NCBI GenBank assembly: GCA_963820525.1
Contig: CAWGAA010000001.1
Location: 3,008,001 to 3,072,000 of the forward strand
From: an uncultured Spirochaetota bacterium
GTDB lineage: Bacteria; Spirochaetota; Spirochaetia; SZUA-6; Fen-1364
Length of the DNA stretch: 64,000 nucleotides
Reading direction: 5' to 3'
Each line of letters starts with the position of its first letter. The stretch's first letter is position 1. The notes beneath the pieces were generated by a model. The model did not search any database. It worked only from the letters and a program-made list of their open reading frames with translations, and was not told the origin of the DNA. Made by a program: the position numbers and the translations under genes. This document shows, in pieces, positions 48,972 to 57,242 of the stretch.

Positions 48972-50366
48972 TCAAGTCTTCTTGGCCGAGAGGAACGCCG
49001 AATGTATCGTGCGCAGGGCCAGGGTGCGGTTCTTCTCCTCGATGACGAACGAAATGTTCCGCTCCGAGGACCCCTGGGCGATGACCAGGATGTTGATCCC
49101 CGCCGCGCCCAAGGCGCTGAACAGGCGCCCCGCGATTCCGGGCGTGCCGCGCATGTTCTCCCCGATCACGGAGACAACCAGAAGATCGCGGATGAGATTG
49201 AAGTTCTGGATCCGCTTGGTCTCCAGCTCCAGGGCAAGCTCCCGGCCAAGGGCGGCGAGGGCGCGCTCGGCCTCCGGGGTCCTGAACACGAGGCAGATTG
49301 TATGCTCCGAGGATGCCTGGGAGATCATGATGATGTTGATCCCCTCGCGGGCCAGGGCTCCGAAGATCCGCGCGGCGATTCCGGGAATCCCGATCATGCC
49401 CCCACCCTCGATATTCACCAGGGAGACGCCCTCGATCGAGGCGATGCCCGTGATCGCCGGGCTCTTGCGCTCGCCCGGCGCGACGCCGATCATCGTGCCG
49501 GGAGCCGAGGGGTTGAAGGTGTTCTTGATCCGTATGGGAATGCCCTTCTCCACGGCGGGGATCATGCTGTAGGGGTGCACCACCTTCGCGCCGAAGAAGG
49601 AGAGCTCCATGGCCTCCTCGTAGCTGATCGCGGGCACGACGAAGGCGTCCGGCACGATGCGGGGATCCGCGGAGAGCACCCCGTCCACGTCGGTCCAGAT
49701 GTCGATGAGGTCCACCCCCGCCCCGGCGCCGATGATCGAGGCCGTATAGTCGGATCCATTCCTGCCCAGGGTCGTGGTGACGCCATTCTCCGTGGCGCCG
49801 ATGAAACCGGGAATGACCGCTATGCCGTCCACCGCGGACAGGCGCGCTTCGATGCGCGCGTACGTCTTGGGAAAGTTGACGGAGGCCGAGCCGAACCTGT
49901 CGTCGGTCACGATCATCTCCCGGGCGTCGACGTTCACCGCCTCCATTCCCCGGCTTCGCATGTAAGCGGTGACCAGGCTGCAGGAGAGCCGTTCGCCGAA
50001 GCTCATGGCGAGGTCCAGCGTGCGCGGCGAACATTCCTTGAGGAGCTCCACCCCGTGGAGGATCTCTTCCAGCTCGTTGAACATGAGCTGGAGGGGGGTG
50101 ATCACGGCCGCCTGATCGGCCGGCGCGAAAAGCTGCCGCACGGCGGTAAAGTGCTGGACGCGGATCTTCTCCATCGCCTCGCCGTGACCGCCGGAGCCCT
50201 CCTCGGCCCTCCGGGCCGCTTCGATCAAGAGGTCCGTGACCCCCTTCATTGCCGAGAGGACCACGGCGATCCTGTCCTCGCGCGCGGCCCGGGACACGAT
50301 CTCCACCACCGCCGTGATGCGCTGTGCATCCCCCACGGAGCTTCCGCCGAACTTGAGGACCTTCAT
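48972..50366 (-). CDS. aspartate kinase (ThrA-like kinase plus two ACT domains, no homoserine dehydrogenase domain)
   Basis: KFGGSS, GERLS, TTLGRNGSD, WTDVDG, ISQASSE, IAQGSSE. Confidence 0.95.
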   Translation of the reverse strand: MKVLKFGGSSVGDAQRITAVVEIVSRAAREDRIAVVLSAMKGVTDLLIEAARRAEEGSGGHGEAMEKIRVQHFTAVRQLFAPADQAAVITPLQLMFNELEEILHGVELLKECSPRTLDLAMSFGERLSCSLVTAYMRSRGMEAVNVDAREMIVTDDRFGSASVNFPKTYARIEARLSAVDGIAVIPGFIGATENGVTTTLGRNGSDYTASIIGAGAGVDLIDIWTDVDGVLSADPRIVPDAFVVPAISYEEAMELSFFGAKVVHPYSMIPAVEKGIPIRIKNTFNPSAPGTMIGVAPGERKSPAITGIASIEGVSLVNIEGGGMIGIPGIAARIFGALAREGINIIMISQASSEHTICLVFRTPEAERALAALGRELALELETKRIQNFNLIRDLLVVSVIGENMRGTPGIAGRLFSALGAAGINILVIAQGSSERNISFVIEEKNRTLALRTIHSAFLSAKKT

Positions 50367-50373
50367 GTCTTCC

Positions 50374-50787
50374 TCATTCCCCCATGACCTTGATGATGAG
50401 CCGCTTGGACCTCTGCCCGTCGAACTCCGCGTAGTACACCTGCTGCCAGGGCCCCAGGTCGAGCCTGCCGCCCGTGATGGGGAGGATCACCTCATGGCCG
50501 ATGAGGAGGTTCTTGAGGTGACTGTCCCCGTTTTTTTCCCCGGTGGCATGATGGCGGTAGTCGGAGCGGAACGGGGCCAGCGTATCCACCCACTGGTCGA
50601 TGTCCTGGATGAGCCCGTTCTCGGCGTCGTTCACATAGACCCCCGCGGTGATGTGCATCGCCGATACCAGCGCCATCCCCTCCCGGCACCCGCTCTTGGC
50701 GACCGCCTCGGCCACCCTGTCCGTGATATTGATGTACTCGCGGTGCTTGCGCGTGTTGAAGGTGAGATACTCCGTGTGGAACTTCAT
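50374..50787 (-). CDS. yjbQ: YjbQ/UPF0047 family protein
   Basis: HITAG...ND.E, Y.HH..GE.NGDSHLK, LGPWQ..YYAEFDG.R. Confidence 0.92.
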   Translation of the reverse strand: MKFHTEYLTFNTRKHREYINITDRVAEAVAKSGCREGMALVSAMHITAGVYVNDAENGLIQDIDQWVDTLAPFRSDYRHHATGEKNGDSHLKNLLIGHEVILPITGGRLDLGPWQQVYYAEFDGQRSKRLIIKVMGE

Positions 50788-50861
50788 GGGATTACCCCCG
50801 GGTGAGGTAGGAATATACACTTTTTCGCGAACCGAGGTCCAGATCAAGCCAAGGATGGCTG

Positions 50862-50998
50862 AAGGCGGCCGAGCACAGGGAAGTGCGGAAGGCCGCCTCA
50901 AGCCAGGCAAGGCGGCCGAGCACAGGGAGGTGCGGGAGGCCGCCTCAAGCCAGGCAAGGCGGCCGAGCACAGGGAGGTGCGGGAGGCCGCCTCAAGCC
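50862..50998. repeat. tandem repeat, 3 x 47 bp, each unit a nested hairpin
   Basis: AAGGCGGCCGAGCACAGGGAGGTGCGGGAGGCCGCCTCAAGCCAGGC starting at 50862, 50909 and 50956 (first copy has two mismatches, last is truncated). Confidence 0.95.
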
Positions 50999-50999
50999 T

Positions 51000-51887
51000 C
51001 TACGCCGTCTTCATCTCCTGCCATTTCTTCCATTGGTACCATTGCTCCGGGTATTGGCGAACGTAGCTCTGCCACAACTCCAGCACGTTCCTCGAGGTGC
51101 TCTCCGGCTTCTTCTCTACAGACACGTCCTCGATAATCAGGTTGTAGTGGCCATTTCCGCACCTTTTCAGGAAAGCCGCGACGACCGGGGATTCGGAGCG
51201 GTGGGAGAGCACATCGATTGTATTGTCGAAGAACAGCTCCTTGCCGAAGAGCTGGATCGTGCTCCGCCGCCGCTTGTGCCACGCATCCACCTCGTCGCAT
51301 TGGGTCATGAGCACGCGGTTGGATTTCAGGGCCTGCATTGCGCGCATGAGAATCGAGCCGCCGAAGCACGAGGAGATGAGCTCGGTGCCGACCCGCCTCG
51401 TCCTTCCCAGGAGGCATCTGGCCAGGCGCGCGCTGGAGCATTCCATGATGATGCTCGCCGGGAAACCGAGGAGGAAGAGCATCCATGGGATGAACTCGAC
51501 TCCTCCCCAGTGGGCGGTGACCAGGATGCAGCCTTTCCCTTTTTGGAGGGCTTCCGCAATGAGCTCCTTGCCGCTGACCTGGAAATGCTCCCGCACGTAG
51601 CGCAAGACATTTTCGAAGTCGAAGAAGGCGGCGAACATCTTCTCGAAATAGTGGGTGAAGATGCCCCTGAAAGTCTCGTGGACGACCTTCTTGACGAAGC
51701 GTTCCTCCTGGCCCTCAAAGACATCCCATACGTTCCTCTCGATCAAACGCTTCTCCTTGCGGTTGAATAGCGCATAGAAGAGAGCCCCGATCTGTTGAAT
51801 GTATGCCTGAGCAGCCCTGGGGCTCAGATGACGGAAGAGAAAGACGTTCAAGGTCGATTGGAAGAATGTAGAAATGTTTATTTTCAT
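51000..51887 (-). CDS. lysophospholipid / lipid A lauroyl (LpxL/HtrB)-family acyltransferase
   Basis: GKGCILVTAHWGGVE (HxxxxE), D, FG, PEQWYQW. Confidence 0.85.
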   Translation of the reverse strand: MKINISTFFQSTLNVFLFRHLSPRAAQAYIQQIGALFYALFNRKEKRLIERNVWDVFEGQEERFVKKVVHETFRGIFTHYFEKMFAAFFDFENVLRYVREHFQVSGKELIAEALQKGKGCILVTAHWGGVEFIPWMLFLLGFPASIIMECSSARLARCLLGRTRRVGTELISSCFGGSILMRAMQALKSNRVLMTQCDEVDAWHKRRRSTIQLFGKELFFDNTIDVLSHRSESPVVAAFLKRCGNGHYNLIIEDVSVEKKPESTSRNVLELWQSYVRQYPEQWYQWKKWQEMKTA

Positions 51888-51911
51888 ACAAACCTCCGAG
51901 GATAGAATTTT

Positions 51912-51926
51912 TGTGATTATATCACA
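51912..51926. promoter_or_regulatory. palindrome overlapping the acyltransferase extended -10
   Basis: TGTGAT-tat-ATCACA in an AT-rich spacer; the minus strand reads TGaTATAAT. Confidence 0.55.
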
Positions 51927-51966
51927 TCATTGAAATAATGGAGATGCAAGCGGTTATTTAGATATT

Positions 51967-53805
51967 TTATGTATCTCTTAAAAAGGACAGTTTTTCGAAA
52001 GATTGTGGGTCAGCCAGAACCTTGAGAAATGCTTCAGCCACGGTCGGCGAGAACTGGGTGCCGGATTCCTTCTTTATCTCTTGGGCGGCCTGCTGGACGG
52101 GGAGACGCTTGCGGTAAGGCCGGGAGGAGGTCATGGCGTCGAAGGCATCAGCCACGGCCACGATCTGGGCGCCGAGGGGGATCTGCTCTCCGCGGAGCCT
52201 GTCCGGGTAACCCTTCCCGTCGTAGCGCTCGTGGTGGTTTTTGATGAGGTAGAGGTGGTTCTTGATGAAGGAGATGGGCTGGAGGATCTCGACGCCTTTC
52301 AGGGTGTGGCGCTGGATGATCTTGGCCTCGGCGTCGGAGAGGGGCTTGGGGCTTTGAACGATGTATTCCGGAATGCCGATCTTTCCCACGTCATGGAGCA
52401 TGCTGCCGAAACTCAGGTATTCGATGTCTCGTTCGGGCAGGCCAAGGACGCGGGCAATCTCCACGGCTATGGCAGCCACCCGCACCGAATGGCCGCGGGT
52501 GTAGGTGTCTTTCTCCTCGATGGCCTGAACCAGGGCCCTCACGGAGCTCGTGTAGCTGGACTTCAGCTCCTCGTCAAGGCGCGCGCGCTGGATCACGGTG
52601 GCAAGCGAGTTTGCCAGGATGGAGAGGAACTCCAGATCGTCATCCGTGACGCGGGAACCGCCCTCTCCCCTGTCGGCTCCCAGGAGGCCGATGGTCTTGT
52701 CTTGGGCAACCAGGGGACAGATGATGAACGATGTGGGATTGAAGTCCGCCAGGATGAGGTTGGCGGGATTCAGGCCGAAGGCCTTCACGTCGTCGACGAT
52801 GACGGGTTTTTTCTGTTTCAGCACGCGCACCATGAGGTTCTGCTCGCGGCTGAGGGGAACCCGGTATCCAATGAGCTTTTCCATGGCCTGCCGCGATTCC
52901 CCGACTCCGCAGCGGTATTCCAGGTTTTCGCCGTTTTCGTCGGTCAGCATGACGAGCGCCCGGCTGAAGCCCAGCACGTCCACGATGGGCTGCATCGTCT
53001 TCTGGAGTATCTTCTGCGTATCCACTTCCGACACCAGCGTCCAGGTGGCGCTGTTGATCGCCTTCAGGAGCCGGACCTTCTCATTGAGCGCCCGGTTGGC
53101 CACGTTCAGCTGGTCGAACTGCTCCCGGAGAATGTTTTTATCCTTTTCGATCTCCTCCAGGGCGTTGAACAGGCGCGATCTGCGCGTCAGCGTCCTCATC
53201 ACGATGTTCCTCATCCAGCCCTTGGTGAGGCTCCAGGGCAGGACGATCTCGCAGTACGGCCCTCCGGTAAAATAGCAGATGTTTTCAACGATCTGGCATG
53301 GCTCAAATCCCCAAAGGGTGGGGATGGCGCTGTAAATCCCCTTGTTGTAGGAGCAGGTATCCTTGGAGCATTGCGCGTCCTGCCTCCAGTGCCACCGCAC
53401 AACGAATCGCCCCGGAGCGTCATAGACGGTCTCTATGATCTTCGTCGTGTTGAACTTGGTGTTGATCTGGTTCAGCCGTTTGATGATTCTCTTGGGTGTG
53501 GAGAAGATGGTGAGGAAAAGCCGCTGGATGTAGCCGAACTCGCGGTGAGTGATCGATTCGAAGCCGATATCGAAGGCCACATTGGGGTTGCCCGTGATGC
53601 GCTGGGCGTTGCTCATGAGCAGGGTGAAGAGGCTGGAAGGCACCCAGTTGTTTTCTTCGCAAAGAAAGGACTCGAGATTGTCGTACCCGCTGTAGGGGGC
53701 GGGAACGCCTGAAAAAAGCTCCTGCAGAGCTTCAGGCTTCCTTCGCCGGATGTACTGTATTATCGCCCTGCTGTTGAGGCAGCTGACGTCGTTCGCTTCC
53801 CGCAA
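51967..53805 (-). CDS. V4R-like sensor + GAF + HD-GYP phosphodiesterase
   Basis: C.YNKG...E..C...G..YC V4R-type pattern, coiled coil, GAF, then YTRGHS, HDVGKIG, HHERYDGKGYP, DAFDAMTS.RPY. Confidence 0.88.
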   Translation of the reverse strand: MREANDVSCLNSRAIIQYIRRRKPEALQELFSGVPAPYSGYDNLESFLCEENNWVPSSLFTLLMSNAQRITGNPNVAFDIGFESITHREFGYIQRLFLTIFSTPKRIIKRLNQINTKFNTTKIIETVYDAPGRFVVRWHWRQDAQCSKDTCSYNKGIYSAIPTLWGFEPCQIVENICYFTGGPYCEIVLPWSLTKGWMRNIVMRTLTRRSRLFNALEEIEKDKNILREQFDQLNVANRALNEKVRLLKAINSATWTLVSEVDTQKILQKTMQPIVDVLGFSRALVMLTDENGENLEYRCGVGESRQAMEKLIGYRVPLSREQNLMVRVLKQKKPVIVDDVKAFGLNPANLILADFNPTSFIICPLVAQDKTIGLLGADRGEGGSRVTDDDLEFLSILANSLATVIQRARLDEELKSSYTSSVRALVQAIEEKDTYTRGHSVRVAAIAVEIARVLGLPERDIEYLSFGSMLHDVGKIGIPEYIVQSPKPLSDAEAKIIQRHTLKGVEILQPISFIKNHLYLIKNHHERYDGKGYPDRLRGEQIPLGAQIVAVADAFDAMTSSRPYRKRLPVQQAAQEIKKESGTQFSPTVAEAFLKVLADPQSFEKLSFLRDT

Positions 53806-53883
53806 GACAGACCCCTCGTCGAGATGATTATGCTGTCAATGAAATTCTCGGCAAAACGGTGGAGAAACTTACCCTGTTGTGTC

Positions 53884-55029
53884 TTACAGGCAGTCATCCG
53901 CCGAGATGCTGAGGCGCTCGAGCCTTTCAATGTCAACCGAAAAACCTATCCCTTTCGACCTGATCACAGGGGCGCCGCCCCTGCGACCGAATCCGAAGTT
54001 TTCGCGCGTTATGTTCTCCGAGAGCAAAAGCTCGTCGTACGATCCGTCCACGTAGAGGGGATCGGGAAGCAGGGCGGCGGCGGCGCGGCCGAGGCCGGAG
54101 AGGATTCCCGTTTCGCCCACATGGCAGCCGAGCTGGTACTTCAAACCGAGCTCTTCCGCTTTTTCGGCGAGCTTCAGCGTGCGAAGCAGTCCCCCGTTTT
54201 TCGAGAGGCGGAGATTCACCATGAAGCAGTGCGACGGCCTGAGAGCGAGCAGGTCTTCTTCCGTGACGGCGGACTCGTCGGCCGCGAACGTGAAGCCCTT
54301 CTCTGTTGCACGGCGGAGAGTCTCCGCGTGGTCCTTCCATGGCCCATCGAACGGTTGCTCGATCATGCGCACCCCCTGCTCTGCGCACACGGCCAGCTGT
54401 TCTTCGAAGGCATTCTCGTTCCACGCGCCGTTCACGTCCACCCTGATGTCGAATTGCCGTCCCAGGGCACCGCGGGCTGTTTTCAGGATCGCCTTGTTGT
54501 AGGCGCGGTCGCTTCCCAGCTTCACGCGCACAGCTGTGAGGCCCAACCGATGGTAGAGCGCCAGGATCTGCCCGGCCAACTCGGGGCTCGCGAAGGGGAG
54601 GATGCCGCCGTAGTGAATCATGGAGCGGACCGGTTCCCTTCCCAGAAGCGCGAAAATGTCCTTCTCTTCCCTGCGGCAGAGGAGATCCAGCACGGCCGTC
54701 TCGACCGCGCACAACAGGGGAAGCTCCTCCTTGCCGCAGCTGATGCTTTCCAGGGCACCGAGGAGGAGCTCCGCGGCCGGATCGCCCTCGCGCAAGGGGG
54801 CGAGGAGCCCCCGCACGATCGACGTGCATCGCGCGCGGACCTCCCCCTCCGTGCCGCCCAGCGCTCCCGTCACATACTCCCTGATCACGGCCTCCCCGAA
54901 GCCGCGGCCGTCCCGCGAGCGAAGCATCAAGACGAGGGAATCCGAGAACGTCCGGTTCGCCTTGGCATGGCTGAAGCCTATTCTGAAGGGGATGTTGAGC
55001 GTGAAGAGGCGCGCTTCTTCAATACACAT
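53884..55029 (-). CDS. enolase-superfamily enzyme (MLE / epimerase-like, substrate unknown)
   Basis: GFGE, ET.VLDL, RVKLG, VDVNG, IEQP, ADES, NLRLSKNGG, GCHVGE. Confidence 0.88.
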   Translation of the reverse strand: MCIEEARLFTLNIPFRIGFSHAKANRTFSDSLVLMLRSRDGRGFGEAVIREYVTGALGGTEGEVRARCTSIVRGLLAPLREGDPAAELLLGALESISCGKEELPLLCAVETAVLDLLCRREEKDIFALLGREPVRSMIHYGGILPFASPELAGQILALYHRLGLTAVRVKLGSDRAYNKAILKTARGALGRQFDIRVDVNGAWNENAFEEQLAVCAEQGVRMIEQPFDGPWKDHAETLRRATEKGFTFAADESAVTEEDLLALRPSHCFMVNLRLSKNGGLLRTLKLAEKAEELGLKYQLGCHVGETGILSGLGRAAAALLPDPLYVDGSYDELLLSENITRENFGFGRRGGAPVIRSKGIGFSVDIERLERLSISADDCL

Positions 55030-55083
55030 TCGAGCCCACCCGGCGGCCGGGCCTTTCCATGATACGGCTTTGCGCCCGCCGAT

Positions 55084-55683
55084 TCAAGCTTCCGGCCCCC
55101 GAAACCCGCACCCCACAAAATAGATCTCCATCGAATTGCTGCGGCTCGCCTTGGGCTTGAAGGCCCGTGCCGTAGAGAAGACGCCTTTCATTCCCTGGAG
55201 GATTTCCCGCTCTTCGCCGCCCTGGAAGATCTTCACCGCCATGTTACCGCCGGCGGAAAGAGCCCGGCGGCATATCAGGAGAACTTGGCGGCCGATCTCA
55301 AGCGAGCGCGCCGTGTCTGAGGTCCTGGTGCCCGAGGTGGAAGGAGCCGCGTCGGAAAGGACCACGTCGAAAGGGCCGGCCCGCTGGATCTCCTCAAGCA
55401 CTTGGGGATCGAAGAAGTCGCCCTGGATGAAGCGGAAGCCCCTGCGCGAGAGAAGCTTGCCGTCCGGAGCATCGAGGTCCACCCCCGTCACGCTTCCGCT
55501 CCCGGCCAGGATATCCAGGATGTAGAGGCTCCAGCTGCCCGGGGAAGAGCCCAGATCCAGCACGCGGCAGGAAGGCTTTATCAGCCTGAACTTCTCCTGC
55601 ATCTCCTCCAGCTTGTAGACGGAGCGGGCGGGGTACCCCTGCTCCTTGGACTTTCGCCAGTAGTAATCGGGCCTTCCCTTCAT
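55084..55683 (-). CDS. rlmE: 23S rRNA methyltransferase RlmE (FtsJ/RrmJ)
   Basis: YPARSVYKL, DLGSSPGSW, VLSDAAP, VKIF, KPKASR..S.E; start ATG 55683. Confidence 0.93.
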   Translation of the reverse strand: MKGRPDYYWRKSKEQGYPARSVYKLEEMQEKFRLIKPSCRVLDLGSSPGSWSLYILDILAGSGSVTGVDLDAPDGKLLSRRGFRFIQGDFFDPQVLEEIQRAGPFDVVLSDAAPSTSGTRTSDTARSLEIGRQVLLICRRALSAGGNMAVKIFQGGEEREILQGMKGVFSTARAFKPKASRSNSMEIYFVGCGFRGPEA

Positions 55684-55885
55684 GGCCGCTTTACGGTAGC
55701 GGAGAACCGCCGCCGGATCAAGCGAACCGCGAAAGGTTCGGCCGTCGAGCGCCCGCATCACGTGCGGCGCAACAGGTTTGGCCTTCGCGCGCCCAGTTCA
55801 CGCGAGCCGCGAAGGCGCCGGCAGGACGCGGCCTGGCGCTCCACCGCCTGTTGACTTGCTCGGCGGCGAATCGTAATTTGATGCC

Positions 55886-56527
55886 ATGGCGACCATGAAG
55901 TTTCTCCGTCGGCCGCTTCGCTACAGCTACTACAACGCAACGATCATTCTCATCGCCCTCAATGTCCTCGCCTTCTTCATCGAGCTCCTGGATCGCGGCG
56001 GCGGCTTCGCCAACGCCCTCGCGCTGACTCCCGTGGAGGTGGTCCAGGGCGGCGACTGGTGGGAGATCGTCACCTACATGTTCATCCATGCCAACTTTTG
56101 GCACATCTTCTTCAACATGCTCACCCTGTTCCTCTTCGGTGTGCAGCTCGAGCAGCGGATGGGGAGCACGGAGTTTCTGCTCTATTACTTCGTCTGCGGG
56201 ATCGGCGCGGGCCTGGGGACCCTTCTGATCAACTATTACTCCGGACAGGGCGGCATCGGGGTGGTTGGGGCCTCGGGGGCGATCTTCGGCCTGCTCCTCG
56301 CCTTCGCAACGTTCTTTCCCGACGCGCGGATATTCATCTTCGGCATCCTTCCCCTGCGGGCGCCCATTGCGGTCTTGATTTTCGCCGGCATCAACCTGTT
56401 CAACCAGTTCACCAACCCCGGCTCCGGCGTTGCCTACCTCACCCACCTCGTCGGCCTGGTATTCGGATACCTCTATATCCTGGTCCGCTACGGGATAAAC
56501 CCCATCAAGGTCTTTTTCCGCCGGTAA
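55886..56527 (+). CDS. rhomboid-family intramembrane serine protease
   Basis: TYMFIH, HIFFNM, GASGA, H.VG. Confidence 0.93.
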   Translation: MATMKFLRRPLRYSYYNATIILIALNVLAFFIELLDRGGGFANALALTPVEVVQGGDWWEIVTYMFIHANFWHIFFNMLTLFLFGVQLEQRMGSTEFLLYYFVCGIGAGLGTLLINYYSGQGGIGVVGASGAIFGLLLAFATFFPDARIFIFGILPLRAPIAVLIFAGINLFNQFTNPGSGVAYLTHLVGLVFGYLYILVRYGINPIKVFFRR

Positions 56528-56550
56528 AGCCTCCCGATACTTGATGTAGA

Positions 56551-57219
56551 GTGAAAAGGCTCTCCGCCGTCGTTCTTCTTCTCCTGCTCGCATCAGCACT
56601 CCGCGTCGCGGCCCAATCGGAGAGGCTCTTCGTCCGTCCCTGGTGCGATCTGGAGCCCTTTGTCCGCGTGGGAGTAGACGAATACCCCCTCTCCCGGGAG
56701 ACGGCGGCGCGGCGCATTCTGGAGGAAGGGCGCATCCTTTTCTCGAGCATGGTATACGGCTACTCCTTCACGTATGTCCCCTCCGACGCCGCCCGCAAAG
56801 TCGCCGAGACCTTCACGCTCACGCCGGTTGCCGAGATCCCCTGGGGGTCGCGGGGCGTCGAAATCCTTGAAACCACCGTGGAAGACAAGCGGTTGTACGC
56901 CCGGATCGCCTATACCCTCACGGATGCCGAGGCAAAGCGCCGCGAGGCATGGGATTCGAGCGCCGTGGCAATGTCCACCGGGAGCGGGAAGGGGAGCCTT
57001 TTCAAAGGCTCTCCGGACAAGATCACGGCCTTGAACAATGCCATGAAGGACGCCATCCGAAGCTACCTCAGGAGCCGTGTGCTCAACAAGCCTCGGGAGG
57101 TCCGGGGCGAGATCGTGTTGTGGGAAGATCCCCAGACGGTGGAGCGCGCCGGCGAATACATCGCCACCGCCAAGGTGAGACTGAGGGTGACCGAGCTCGT
57201 TCCCTATAGAATTTTCTAG
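56551..57219 (+). CDS. hypothetical exported protein
   Basis: Signal-peptide-like N-terminus, 222 aa, coding-like codon usage. Confidence 0.7.
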   Translation: MKRLSAVVLLLLLASALRVAAQSERLFVRPWCDLEPFVRVGVDEYPLSRETAARRILEEGRILFSSMVYGYSFTYVPSDAARKVAETFTLTPVAEIPWGSRGVEILETTVEDKRLYARIAYTLTDAEAKRREAWDSSAVAMSTGSGKGSLFKGSPDKITALNNAMKDAIRSYLRSRVLNKPREVRGEIVLWEDPQTVERAGEYIATAKVRLRVTELVPYRIF

Positions 57220-57242
57220 GGGGAATCGTTATCTTCTTTTCC

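Noticed and set aside
48007..50034. 675-aa extended ThrB; likewise the extended ORFs 2286-4196, 9209-10417 and 40634-42187
   Set aside because: The extensions overlap other real genes, and better starts exist downstream.
50862..50998. CRISPR array
   Set aside because: Units are contiguous near-identical copies with no unique spacers, and no cas genes are present.
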